A stretch of DNA of 64,000 bases, taken from Candidatus Micrarchaeota archaeon. Its GTDB lineage: Archaea > Micrarchaeota > Micrarchaeia > Micrarchaeales > Micrarchaeaceae. The notes under the pieces were generated by a model. The model saw only the letters and a list, made by a program, of their open reading frames with translations, did no database searches and was not told where the DNA came from. Below, one piece after another: positions 37,927 through 47,929 of the stretch; the stretch's first letter is position 1; each line of letters begins with the position of its first letter. The DNA is taken from positions 9,191 through 73,190 of the forward strand of contig JAKAVJ010000013.1 of the NCBI GenBank assembly GCA_021827525.1. The letters run 5' to 3'. A program made the position numbers and the translations under genes.

Positions 37927-38760
37927 TCATCCCTGCATGTCGAAGTTAGAGGCTATCTCGTTATACTGGGTAGGCAGCGAGAAATTGAAATTGAATATCG
38001 AATATAGCTCCCTGCCCACTATCTTTATTATCTGGATATCCAACGAGCTCAGCGCAACCTGCAGACGCGCTTCCTGCGCAGCAAGGTTGTCCAGGGCAGA
38101 TTTCTCAGTAACACCCACACCGACCGTCTCTATGTACATTATCGTCGATATAGGCTTCTCGCCCTGAGCTATCCTGTCCATCTGCGTCTGTATTATGCTC
38201 TGCTTCCTCTGAAGCTCTTCCATTGCGGTATCTGTCTGCTTGCCGCTTTGCGCAAGGCGCGCCATTTGGAACTCTATGTATCCTCTCTTGCCCTCGAGCG
38301 CATCGCGGGCCTTCTGCACGTCCCTGCCGCAGGAGAGCACGTGGAACTTGAAAGGAAAGTCTATGCCGCTAACCGCTCTCTCCCACCTGTCCGGCGCCTC
38401 TGCTATCCTTGAATCGACGTCTTCTTCTGGGTTCTCAGCCTTGAACGTGTACGCGAACAGGTTGGCCGTGAGGTAACCTATAGCGTAGTGTATTCCGCCT
38501 ACACTCTTCACTATTGCATCCTGCGACTTCACTATCTTATAATCCTTCATCGGCTGGAAAGTTATGCCCAGCATCCTTGATACTGCAGGAAATACGATGA
38601 AGTCTATCCAGTTGAGCATGAGTATAAGAACGACTGCTATCAGCAGTATTATTACGGCTATGATCCTGTATATCCCTGGACCGAAGTGAGGCAGGAAAGA
38701 GAAGGTTATCAGCACTATAACCAAGCTGAACGTAAGATATATTATCCCGGTAGAATCCAT
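37927..38760 (-). CDS. Two-TM membrane protein with an alpha/beta and coiled-coil cytoplasmic domain (VirB3/VirB4-NTD-like, inferred)
   Basis: N-terminal hydrophobic hairpin; same 277-aa length and architecture as the neighbour; shared patterns DAIVKSV/DSIIRKV and IVGRE/VTGEE. Confidence 0.7.
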   Translation of the reverse strand: MDSTGIIYLTFSLVIVLITFSFLPHFGPGIYRIIAVIILLIAVVLILMLNWIDFIVFPAVSRMLGITFQPMKDYKIVKSQDAIVKSVGGIHYAIGYLTANLFAYTFKAENPEEDVDSRIAEAPDRWERAVSGIDFPFKFHVLSCGRDVQKARDALEGKRGYIEFQMARLAQSGKQTDTAMEELQRKQSIIQTQMDRIAQGEKPISTIMYIETVGVGVTEKSALDNLAAQEARLQVALSSLDIQIIKIVGRELYSIFNFNFSLPTQYNEIASNFDMQG

Positions 38761-39593
38761 TATATCACTTCCTCCTCTATGTTCTTGTTTATCTGCGCGC
38801 TTATAGTTGTCACGGGTATCATGTGCTCAGGCTCAACGAACTTCAGTATCTCCTCGCCGGTCACTATTGTGGGTGTCACGCCGAATGTGGTGCTCACCCC
38901 TGATATCACATCGCGGGCCTTCTGCTGCACAGCGCTCACAGCCTCGTACTCCTTGGTGCCTGTAGCTGATATGCTGGCATACGTGACTAGCTCTAGGGAT
39001 GTGCCCTTGCTTATAGTATCCAGCATGTTCCTCCACATGGCTATCTTGCCCTTCGCGCGCTCTATCTCGACCGCTGGCGCACTCCTCTGGCTGAGCTCCT
39101 CTGCTGCGTTCTCCGCAGCGTTGACATTGTCCCGTATCGTCTGCAGATATGCATCCTTATCCATCACGTACATCTGCGTAGAGTATCTTACCGGATCCTT
39201 GCTTATGCCAACCAGCCTGCTGACCTGATTGGCAAACTCAAGCTTTTCCTCTGGCTGCATCTCAGTTGCAGATCGGTATATTGGTATGGTCACATATACC
39301 GTAGCTATGAATGTGTCCTTGACTTTGCGTATTATCGAATCTGCAGAAGCGGAGAGCCAGTATGTGTTCTCTTTGTCGAGCATTATGTGCTTGCTCCTCT
39401 GCTTTACCATAGGTATTATTAGATATGAATAGTACCTTGATGCGAAAGCCAGGACTACGAAAAACATCGCGACCATAAGCAGAACAAGCTTGGCAAAATA
39501 TGGGAATATTGCGAGAGGCAGCTCTATTGCAGCTGCAAGCACTATTATTGAGGCGAATAGTAACCCTAGAAATATGAATATCTTATTGTCCAT
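38760..39593 (-). CDS. Two-TM membrane protein, paralog of 37927..38760
   Basis: N-terminal TM hairpin, coiled-coil IERAKGKIAMWRNML, stop/start overlap with the next gene. Confidence 0.7.
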   Translation of the reverse strand: MDNKIFIFLGLLFASIIVLAAAIELPLAIFPYFAKLVLLMVAMFFVVLAFASRYYSYLIIPMVKQRSKHIMLDKENTYWLSASADSIIRKVKDTFIATVYVTIPIYRSATEMQPEEKLEFANQVSRLVGISKDPVRYSTQMYVMDKDAYLQTIRDNVNAAENAAEELSQRSAPAVEIERAKGKIAMWRNMLDTISKGTSLELVTYASISATGTKEYEAVSAVQQKARDVISGVSTTFGVTPTIVTGEEILKFVEPEHMIPVTTISAQINKNIEEEVI

Positions 39594-39654
39594 TTCAAAC
39601 CTTCCTGCTGCCGGATCCCTAGAGACCCTTTCGTAACCTTTTATCTATTTTAAC

Positions 39655-41313
39655 TTATATAAATGTTCTCATTCTGCCGCTCATCTGCGATGCACCGCCT
39701 ATGAACGTCGCTATCTGTGTCACGAACGCATAAGTTACTGCGATTATAAGCAACGGATAGAACAGTATCAGGAGCCAGAAGCTGCTCATTGCCGATTGCA
39801 CAGAGCTTACCTGCGTCACGAGCGGGCTATCAGGCGTTATGGCATTGGTTATCGCACCGGAGCCCTGGCCGAAACGGTTCAACTGAATAGAGGCGGTAGA
39901 GAGGGTGTGCAGTATGCTCGGCGCCGTGAAGTAATAAGCTATTGCGAACATGGTCGGCATTATTATGTAGAACCCCATTGCCAGTGCGATGAGCATGCCG
40001 CCTAGCGCCCTTGTCGGGAATATGGCCCTGAATATCACGCCAGGAACAAGGAATACTGGTATGGATGCAACCGAGAAGAATACTAGCAGGTAGTATTCGG
40101 CGTACAGAGCGGTTATGCCCTCTATTATGAAGGTTCCCAGCACCATAGAGGGCTCTATAACCAGCGCTTCCAGGGGCAGTGAGTACAATAGCGTCAGCAG
40201 TGATATCGGCGGCGCGCCTGTTATTGGAAAGGCTATTTCTACATTTAGCGAGGCGTAGAATGAATCCATGATCACAACATTGTATAGGCTGGAGAACACG
40301 CCTTCAGCCTGCTGTATTGTGGAGAGGATAAGATGGAAAGCGGTAGCGTACGGGTTTATGGTCCCCACAAAAAGCGACGGTATTATGCCGAACGCCACGG
40401 CGCTCACATACAGGAACAGCCCGACGATTATGGCGCTGGCAATTGCTTCATAAAGCTCGCCAATGCCGAAGTTGCGCATCCTGTCGTTCCTTAGGCCTGC
40501 TCCGACCATGAATATTATTGCCGCTATAGAGAATGCGACAAGTATCGCAGCGAAAGCTATGGGCGTCTCGGAGCTCCACGTATCGTAGACCTGCTCGTTT
40601 ATTGGGCAGTACCACGGTGCACTGCTCTCTATCTGCGATACTATCGAATTGGGCAGCAGCCCGCATCCCCCAGGTATTGACGTGGTTGTAGTGCTGACTG
40701 TTGCTGTACCAGAAGCAGAATTAGATGCGCTTTTCGATGCACTGTTCGAAGCGCCGTTGGATGAGCTTGACGCACCGTTAGAAGCACCGGATGCGCTTTT
40801 CGATGCACCGTTCGAAGCGCCGTTGGATGAGCTTGACGCACCGTTAGAAGCGCCGGATGCGCTTTTCGATGCACTGTTCGAAGCGCCGTTGGATGAGCTT
40901 GACGCACCGTTAGAAGCGCCGTTGGATGAGCTTGACGCACCGTTAGAAGAAGACGTCGGTGAGGTTTTTGACCCACATTTTACACCTCTAATTGGTTGAC
41001 CATTCTGAAAGCTGCATATTATATTTACCGACGGGCAGCCCGACGGGCAACCGCCAGAGCAGAGCGTAAGGCTGCCGCATGACACTTCTGTGTTGCATGA
41101 GCATTTTGGCAGGAACGAAAGGCTTTCGGATTGGGGCGCCTGCGCGGCAGTCATGTTAGAATAGGATATGTTAGAGTAAGATATGGAATGCTGTATAGGC
41201 ACGCTTGAGGTGCTACCAGTTTGCGCTGGCTGCATGCTTAGCGAGGCGTATGCGAATACAGTTATCACTGCAAATATCGCAGCGATTACCAATAATGGAA
41301 TTGCTCTGGACAT
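39655..41313 (-). CDS. VirB6/CedA-like polytopic membrane protein, paralog 6 (Cys-rich segment and Ser/Ala/Asn repeat stalk)
   Basis: Shared motifs FMVGAGLRNDRMRNFGIGELYE and PGVIFRAIFPTRALGGMLIA...P. Confidence 0.65.
   Translation of the reverse strand: MSRAIPLLVIAAIFAVITVFAYASLSMQPAQTGSTSSVPIQHSISYSNISYSNMTAAQAPQSESLSFLPKCSCNTEVSCGSLTLCSGGCPSGCPSVNIICSFQNGQPIRGVKCGSKTSPTSSSNGASSSSNGASNGASSSSNGASNSASKSASGASNGASSSSNGASNGASKSASGASNGASSSSNGASNSASKSASNSASGTATVSTTTTSIPGGCGLLPNSIVSQIESSAPWYCPINEQVYDTWSSETPIAFAAILVAFSIAAIIFMVGAGLRNDRMRNFGIGELYEAIASAIIVGLFLYVSAVAFGIIPSLFVGTINPYATAFHLILSTIQQAEGVFSSLYNVVIMDSFYASLNVEIAFPITGAPPISLLTLLYSLPLEALVIEPSMVLGTFIIEGITALYAEYYLLVFFSVASIPVFLVPGVIFRAIFPTRALGGMLIALAMGFYIIMPTMFAIAYYFTAPSILHTLSTASIQLNRFGQGSGAITNAITPDSPLVTQVSSVQSAMSSFWLLILFYPLLIIAVTYAFVTQIATFIGGASQMSGRMRTFI
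40724..40949. repeat. Intragenic tandem repeat: three 66-bp units plus an extra 33-bp sub-unit
   Basis: GATGCGCTTTTCGATGC recurs at 40724, 40790 and 40856; encodes (ASSSSNGASN[S/G]ASKSASGASNG)n. Confidence 0.92.
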
Positions 41314-41315
41314 GC

Positions 41316-42416
41316 TTACACCAAGTTACCAATAAGGGCCATGAAGCTGACCTTCTCGCCCATCACCTTTGAAAAGTCCACTATGAATGCGTCTAATATG
41401 GTGAAATTCAGGAAGGGCACGAAAGTGAGGCCCGCTATCACATACCCGTATTGCAGCAGGAGAGTCCCCAGATATGATGGGAAGCTTCCGGATATATATG
41501 TGGCGAACAGTCCTGCTACCAGGCCCGTAGCGCCTGATGCTAAGTTGTATATTCCCGCCAATGCGCCTGAGATTGTAGATGGGTTGCCCAATGAAACTAG
41601 CGTCTGCGTAGTTATGAAGCCATAGGTTACCGAGACCAAAAGGGGGAACACTATTCCGAGGCCCAAGCCGAAAGCTATCATTGCGCCGCCAAAGCTCCTT
41701 GATATGCCGAAGACCCATGCTATCAGACCTATTGCCATGAAAAGGGCTATGAAGAATATTGATCCGGATAGCAGTATCAATTGAACCTCGTTGAGCAGTA
41801 TCATAAACAGCAGCGCATTGAACGCAATGCCTAGAATTTCGTCCATAGATTTCGGGAATAGGCTATTGATGCCAAATGAGAAGCCGGTTCCGTCTGAATC
41901 GAATGGGACATTGACCTTGACGGAGAACCCGGGCGTGAGACCGGCAACGTATGATACGCCGTACAGCAGGCTGAAGTAGCCCTTCGATATCGCTATGAAG
42001 CTGCCCATGTCGCAAGCGGATAGGTTGAATATTGTATCGCTCGCAGCTCCTGTGCATGTGCTCGGAAGCAGATGTGCGCTGCTTACGGACTGGCTCGGAC
42101 TTAAGAACATCATCGAATATAACCCGAGAAATATCACAATCAGCATTATCCCTATGAGTGCCTCGTATATCTGGGCGCGCGCCCAGCTCCTGCCATTAGG
42201 GCTGTCCAAGGCGAAGCTGACTGCATAAATCAGTGCCGCAATCAGTATAACCACAATGACTGCAATCAGAGCTATGTCATACCACGGAGGTATGAAGCTG
42301 GTGACGAATGACTGAGGCGCGGAGGATGCCGCAGAAGCGGTGTGCAGCAGCATCACGGCTAGCATAGCAATCGCGACCGAGACCCGTATTGCACTTCTTG
42401 AAACCATGCCAATCAT
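41316..42416 (-). CDS. VirB6/CedA-like membrane protein, paralog 5
   Basis: YAVSFALDSPNGRSWARAQIYE; GLIAWVFGISRSFGGAMIA...FP. Confidence 0.65.
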   Translation of the reverse strand: MIGMVSRSAIRVSVAIAMLAVMLLHTASAASSAPQSFVTSFIPPWYDIALIAVIVVILIAALIYAVSFALDSPNGRSWARAQIYEALIGIMLIVIFLGLYSMMFLSPSQSVSSAHLLPSTCTGAASDTIFNLSACDMGSFIAISKGYFSLLYGVSYVAGLTPGFSVKVNVPFDSDGTGFSFGINSLFPKSMDEILGIAFNALLFMILLNEVQLILLSGSIFFIALFMAIGLIAWVFGISRSFGGAMIAFGLGLGIVFPLLVSVTYGFITTQTLVSLGNPSTISGALAGIYNLASGATGLVAGLFATYISGSFPSYLGTLLLQYGYVIAGLTFVPFLNFTILDAFIVDFSKVMGEKVSFMALIGNLV

Positions 42417-42431
42417 CTATCCCTCTTCAGT

Positions 42432-43508
42432 TCACAGCACCCTCTTCAGCGTATTGCTTGAAGACAGGCTCGGCGCTCCGAGCGCGTCGCCTATCAGCTC
42501 CATGAAGTCGTACGAGACTATAAGCGATATTATGAGCACGAATATTGTAAATATCATCGGCTCGACTATGACATTTATAAATGGCGTGATTATATCGAAT
42601 GATATCATTTGAAGTACCGTGGTGAGGAAAGTACCTGTTGATTGTATGAAACTGCTTGGGCTGCTCAGGAACGAATTTGTATTTATTACAGGCAAAACCG
42701 ATGAGGTGGGCGATGCCTGCAGCATGAAGTACAGCAGGGTAGGGAACATGAGGTAGAACGCGATGAAAAGGCCCAGGAAGGCTCCGCCTGCTGCCCTTGT
42801 CCACGGAATCGTACGCAGTATTATTCCCAAGAACAGGAATATCGGGAATACTGAATAGATTATGGCTAGGAAAACTATGAGTGCTATGAAGAGCCCTGCA
42901 AGGCCCCCGGCAATGCCTATGAATAGGTTAAGTATGTGGTACAGAAGGCCGAAGGCCTTAAATGGTACGAAGCTTATGCCGAAATACAGCGGCATTATGT
43001 TCACCCTAAAATCACGCAGAAGCTGGAGGTAGTATGTCTCTGGTATGAAGTAAGTGGAGAGCGACCTGAATACGTCGACCGACGAGCCCGCAAGGAGCGT
43101 GCAGTCGTTGTAATACGTGTTGTATGTGCTTGACGGGCCTATCTTTATGAAACCTGATGGAGATATGGAGTATATTGCGCCGAAAAATATTAGGACTACA
43201 AGCAACGTCACGACTATCTCGCCCATCTCTGCCTTCGAGAACTGCACAAGCTTCTCGACCTTGAATGAATAGCCTATCATATACGTTATGCCTATCACCA
43301 GCGCCACAAGAGCCAGTATGAGCATGGATATGCCGAGCATGCCGCCATAAGAACTCGAATGAAGCACCGCATTGGACTGCACTATTGCGCTGTTGCAGAA
43401 TGCGGAGTTGGTCGCATCCCCTGTGCTAGCAGCAGAGACGTTGCCCAGAAGCAGCAGCAAGGCTAGAACCAGCGCCGCACCCTTTGCATATGCGTATGCC
43501 CTTCTCAT
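42432..43508 (-). CDS. VirB6/CedA-like membrane protein, paralog 4
   Basis: YMIGYSFKVEKLVQFSKAEMGE; GIILRTIPWTRAAGGAFLG...FP. Confidence 0.65.
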   Translation of the reverse strand: MRRAYAYAKGAALVLALLLLLGNVSAASTGDATNSAFCNSAIVQSNAVLHSSSYGGMLGISMLILALVALVIGITYMIGYSFKVEKLVQFSKAEMGEIVVTLLVVLIFFGAIYSISPSGFIKIGPSSTYNTYYNDCTLLAGSSVDVFRSLSTYFIPETYYLQLLRDFRVNIMPLYFGISFVPFKAFGLLYHILNLFIGIAGGLAGLFIALIVFLAIIYSVFPIFLFLGIILRTIPWTRAAGGAFLGLFIAFYLMFPTLLYFMLQASPTSSVLPVINTNSFLSSPSSFIQSTGTFLTTVLQMISFDIITPFINVIVEPMIFTIFVLIISLIVSYDFMELIGDALGAPSLSSSNTLKRVL

Positions 43509-43515
43509 AATATCA

Positions 43516-44967
43516 CTATACGAACCTCGAAAGGCCTGCGAGGTTGGTATCGCCTCCGAGCAGGCCGGACAGGCCGATTATTGCAGTCAGTGTTATCAAT
43601 ATGTTCACAAGTGGCAGGACGTATGCGGTTATGCCCGTTATGCCGTATGCATTCAGCACCTGGAACATGGTGCCCTCCGCATTCGTTGGAGTGCATGCAG
43701 AAGGCAGATAGAAGTATGGCAGTGAGCTTGGCAGGCCTCCCGAAGCACCCTTTATTAGGGGCAGCAGGCCTTCTACAGCGGATGCAAAAGGAACCAGCAG
43801 TATGCCGGTATCCTCTGCCTGGGTCAGGGCCAGGTTGCCGCCGGGGGGCCAGCAGTTGTTTGCCTGCGCTATCTTCTTTATGCTTGGCTCCACGAAGAAA
43901 TTAGGGGTATAGTCGGGCAAGGCGGTAATGGAATTTGTAGTTATGCCGTTGAAGCCGTAGGCAGTGCTAAGCGTAATGCCCGTGGAGCCGATCTCGCTGT
44001 TCACGTTCATGCTGCTCAGCGATACATACTCAATTGCGAATACTGCTGGATAGAACAGCACCGCCCCTATGGCAACGGCTATGAAAAGCCCGCCTATCCT
44101 CCTAGTGAAGGGCGTCGCCCTGAATATCAGCCCTATGAACAGGATGTACGGCCATATGTACAGGAATATGATTATGAACAGGAGCTGGGCGACATCCATT
44201 TCAAGCGATGTGCCTAGAAGCTCGCCTATAACGCCCATGGGCTTGTACACCATTGAGTACCCTGCATAGGGTGTGTATGTAGCATTTATGAATGAGATGG
44301 CAGGATTTACGTCTTCTTCTGGAGGTATTATGCATGGCCCGGCGGGATTTATAAAGTCCTGCAGGCAGAATGACAGCGAGGGCGTGAGCGTCTCCATGTA
44401 GCCTAAGAAGAAGTCGACTTCGAAGAACGAATTAAGGTTTACTATGCTCTGGTTCGTAAGGTTTGCGATCACGACCCCTGCGGAAGCCAGCGGGTAGTCT
44501 ATGTTAGTCGTGGCGGTAGGATTGCTGGACTGCGTCGATATGTAGTTGCACAGCCCTCCGAAAGACGGGCCCGAAGAGCTAGAGAATCCTTTGAGCAGCG
44601 AAAACGAGCTTATACCGAAAGAGGGCGGTCCGAGTATGGAGAGCGGTGAATATGATTCTATTCCGCTGCACATGCTTGACATGCTCGATGTTGACATTGC
44701 GCCGCCGCTCGAAATTAGGGAGAATATATTGCCCGCAAACACCAGTATGGTGAGCACTATGACCGTTATGACAGCGGTGCCGGCAAGCTGGTAGAACTCG
44801 CCTCTTGCTGAATCCTTCACCTTCGTGCTGTTAAGCAGTATGCCCAGCACGTACCATACGCTCACTATCACCGAATCGAGGAGCAGCGCAAGCACGACTA
44901 TTGGCAGAAGGTCGGACTTCACAGTAGATATGGATGTTATCTGCAATAATATTCCAGGCGCTATCAT
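43516..44967 (-). CDS. VirB6/CedA-like membrane protein, paralog 3
   Basis: YVLGILLNSTKVKDSARGEFYQ; GLIFRATPFTRRIGGLFIA...YP. Confidence 0.65.
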   Translation of the reverse strand: MIAPGILLQITSISTVKSDLLPIVVLALLLDSVIVSVWYVLGILLNSTKVKDSARGEFYQLAGTAVITVIVLTILVFAGNIFSLISSGGAMSTSSMSSMCSGIESYSPLSILGPPSFGISSFSLLKGFSSSSGPSFGGLCNYISTQSSNPTATTNIDYPLASAGVVIANLTNQSIVNLNSFFEVDFFLGYMETLTPSLSFCLQDFINPAGPCIIPPEEDVNPAISFINATYTPYAGYSMVYKPMGVIGELLGTSLEMDVAQLLFIIIFLYIWPYILFIGLIFRATPFTRRIGGLFIAVAIGAVLFYPAVFAIEYVSLSSMNVNSEIGSTGITLSTAYGFNGITTNSITALPDYTPNFFVEPSIKKIAQANNCWPPGGNLALTQAEDTGILLVPFASAVEGLLPLIKGASGGLPSSLPYFYLPSACTPTNAEGTMFQVLNAYGITGITAYVLPLVNILITLTAIIGLSGLLGGDTNLAGLSRFV

Positions 44968-44972
44968 TCAAA

Positions 44973-46613
44973 TCACAGATTGTTCCAGAACGACGCAGCA
45001 CCCTCTATTCCAGTATTCAATGCCTTTGTGAGGCTCATGGCGAACGCCACTGTTATGGCTATATTCAATGCAAATAATATAACACCTATGAATATGAACT
45101 GCGACATCAGGTTCACGATAGAGTTAGATATTGTTATAGGCGTATACGGATTGTATACGCCGGAAAGCCCAAGGCTGCTCACGCCTGAGATGAGGCTAAG
45201 CTCTGACGGCGCGGCTATGCCGAATGGAAGCGTCGAAGGCGAGCTGCTTGATGCGCTCGAGAAGAATGTTGATGGCAGCTGTGTCAATGTGAATCCCATG
45301 TTCAGGTACGGATAAAGGGGGTTCTGAACAGAGAATATCCAATGCACCATGTACGCATCGAGCGCTATGGTCAGCGGATATATCAGGTAGAGCGCTATCG
45401 CTAACGCCAAAACGGCGTTGGCTACGTTGCGCAGCCCTGACCCGCCCGCGCCGGTATATGCTATTGACCTTATTATTATGGCCACGGGAAGCAATAATGT
45501 GAATGCGGTAAGCTTTATGAGCGGCAGCGCTAGGTACTGCAGGAATAACATGCCTATGGTTATCACCAGTATCGGCGAGAACAGATCCATGTACAGATCA
45601 GCAATGAGATAATAGCCTATGCTTAGGTCGTACCCCTCCAGAACGTTCATAGATACGCCTGGCGCTATGGTAATCGTCGGTATTTCGAGCTTCCCCGACA
45701 GTTGCGCTGCCATATATGAGTATACTCTTGCATCTATGCTGAACGCTATCGAATCGGAATATATATTCGTGAGAAGCCTCAAGCCTGTGTTCATGCTAAG
45801 GTTGCCGATGTAGTAGTCTGAATACGTAAATGGACCGAGCGATGTGCCTGTAAGCTGCTGGCTTATTGACGAAGATATGCCGCATGCTGCGCTCGAGAAG
45901 AATATGAGCAGCGTTATTATGAGTGCGCTTATCAGGAGCTGCGTCATCTCAATCTTGGTTATGCCGGCGATGGTGCTCTTGGTCCTTGGGGGCATGATCC
46001 TGCCAATGGCATACAGAACTGCCATTACCATGAAGCCGATTATTATCACAAGGTAGTTTATTGGAAGCCAGTCGTTGGTGTAGTCTGAATTTCCGTACAG
46101 GGTGCACGCCTGTATGGGCTGCGATGGCGGCGGAGCCGTGACGGTTATGGCAGAAGCTGAGTTTGTAGATGAGGATGCGCTGTTTGAAGCGCTGTTGGAG
46201 GCGCCGGTGGAGGCGCTGTTGGAAGCAGAATTGGAGGCTGAGTTGGTGGGTGCACCGGGGGTCAGCACGGTCAACACTTGACCACTGCTGTATGTATTTG
46301 TCGATATATCGTAAGCATAAAAGTATTTGTAGGTGCCAGCTTGAAGGCTGCCCGCAGGATATGTATAGGTAGCCGTGCCGAATCCGAAAGCCAGTTCCTG
46401 GTTTTCGGTGGGGTACCTTATTTCGCACAGACGATTGAGTATAGTCTTACCCGGGCATTGGGCTGTTATTGTAACTGTGGATGTTGTGCTTGCTGGATTG
46501 GGGCTTATAGTAAGTGTAGGCGATGCTGCTTTGGCGACTGCCGATGAATGCACTAGCATTATTATCAGTATGAGTGCGTAAATGGGAAACATCCTTGTTT
46601 TTGCGCTTTTCAT
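44973..46613 (-). CDS. VirB6/CedA-like membrane protein, paralog 2 (N-terminal Ig-like beta domain and SNSAS linker)
   Basis: YAIGRIMPPRTKSTIAGITKIEMTQ; AIIIRSIAY...LRNVANAVLALA...YP. Confidence 0.65.
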   Translation of the reverse strand: MKSAKTRMFPIYALILIIMLVHSSAVAKAASPTLTISPNPASTTSTVTITAQCPGKTILNRLCEIRYPTENQELAFGFGTATYTYPAGSLQAGTYKYFYAYDISTNTYSSGQVLTVLTPGAPTNSASNSASNSASTGASNSASNSASSSTNSASAITVTAPPPSQPIQACTLYGNSDYTNDWLPINYLVIIIGFMVMAVLYAIGRIMPPRTKSTIAGITKIEMTQLLISALIITLLIFFSSAACGISSSISQQLTGTSLGPFTYSDYYIGNLSMNTGLRLLTNIYSDSIAFSIDARVYSYMAAQLSGKLEIPTITIAPGVSMNVLEGYDLSIGYYLIADLYMDLFSPILVITIGMLFLQYLALPLIKLTAFTLLLPVAIIIRSIAYTGAGGSGLRNVANAVLALAIALYLIYPLTIALDAYMVHWIFSVQNPLYPYLNMGFTLTQLPSTFFSSASSSSPSTLPFGIAAPSELSLISGVSSLGLSGVYNPYTPITISNSIVNLMSQFIFIGVILFALNIAITVAFAMSLTKALNTGIEGAASFWNNL

Positions 46614-46624
46614 CTAATCGCTCT

Positions 46625-47863
46625 TCATGCAAGTTTCATCCTTCCTATTCCAAGCCTCAGAGAGCCCCCTAGCAGCGACGCTATGTGCTGGACTATGACT
46701 ATGCCTATTATCAGGTCCAGTATGAAAAGTATGAACTGCAGTATCGCCACCAGGAAAGCCTGCGACAGTATTATGTTGAATGCCGGATATATGTCTGCAT
46801 AGCTAGCCATGCCGTATCCGAATCCTGTAAATATCTGGCTATTCGCGTTAGAAGCGTATAGCATGGTGTTGATAACGCTTATCGCCCCGCTGTAGAAGGC
46901 GCATTCTATTGGGTTCCATCCACTAGGGCAGGAATTTGACAGAGTAGGTATGGTTGTGGGCGGGATATAGCTGCTTATTGGAACGTTGATGGCAAGCAGA
47001 AGCGCAGGGTATACTAGCGACGCGCCTATGCCGAGCGCCAAGAAAGTGCCGCCGAGAGGCCTTAGTATTGGAATGGCTCTGAGCACTATCCCTACAGGCA
47101 AGAGGACGCCGAACCCTATTGCTATGATGGACGCCAAAAGGTCTTGCTGCACCTGCAATATTATCGTAACAGGGACTAGGATGACCTTTCCTATATCTGT
47201 AAGCAGAGAGAGGCCAGGGTCCGATATGGAGGATATTACGCTGCTCACATAGAGGTTCTCATCGACACCGAAATCGAGCGATCCTATTGTAAACACCGGC
47301 ACTATAGGGATGGGTATGTATAATGACAGCGTCATACTCTTCCATACGCCTATGCCGTCATATAGGCCGAGTAAATTGTAGAATGCGGTATCTACGTTCT
47401 GCAGCTCCGGGGTAAAGTAGGATGTTTGAAGCGCGGTGTAGACCATGCCTATGTTACTGGTTATTTCGCTGCTTGCTGTGCTGCTGCTAGTTGTCAACGA
47501 TGAGCTCGGCGCGCCGACATAGCTCGCAGCTATGCTGCTTAGCACTATGAACAGCGAAAATATCAAGACTATTATCAGTATGGACTTCACAGCCTCCCTG
47601 AGCTCGTTCTGGTACCATCCTTTCAGCGCGCTTATGTTGAAAACGCTGCCGAGCATGTATGATATAGCAACAAGCAGGAACGAGAACAGAACACCGAATA
47701 ATGCCAATGGTATCGCCGACACTACGCAGTTGCCAAGCGTGGTGTCCGAGCCGGTGACCAGGCAGTATGGAGTTGTCTGAAAGCTAGGGCTCGCGTACAC
47801 AGGCTTTGCTGCGAATGCTAGCAGCAATACGGCAAAAAGCATTACTTTGCTCCCGTGGCGCAT
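46625..47863 (-). CDS. VirB6/CedA-like membrane protein, paralog 1
   Basis: YMLGSVFNISALKGWYQNELRE; GIVLRAIPILRPLGGTFLA...YP. Confidence 0.65.
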   Translation of the reverse strand: MRHGSKVMLFAVLLLAFAAKPVYASPSFQTTPYCLVTGSDTTLGNCVVSAIPLALFGVLFSFLLVAISYMLGSVFNISALKGWYQNELREAVKSILIIVLIFSLFIVLSSIAASYVGAPSSSLTTSSSTASSEITSNIGMVYTALQTSYFTPELQNVDTAFYNLLGLYDGIGVWKSMTLSLYIPIPIVPVFTIGSLDFGVDENLYVSSVISSISDPGLSLLTDIGKVILVPVTIILQVQQDLLASIIAIGFGVLLPVGIVLRAIPILRPLGGTFLALGIGASLVYPALLLAINVPISSYIPPTTIPTLSNSCPSGWNPIECAFYSGAISVINTMLYASNANSQIFTGFGYGMASYADIYPAFNIILSQAFLVAILQFILFILDLIIGIVIVQHIASLLGGSLRLGIGRMKLA

Positions 47864-47929
47864 AGAATAATATAGGGACTAATATTTATAATCCATACTA
47901 TGTATGCATCGAGAGCGGCGAAGCGCACC

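Noticed and set aside
40724..40949. Regularly spaced repeats that might be a CRISPR array
   Set aside because: Units are contiguous multiples of 3 with no unique spacers, lie in frame within a CDS, and no cas genes are present
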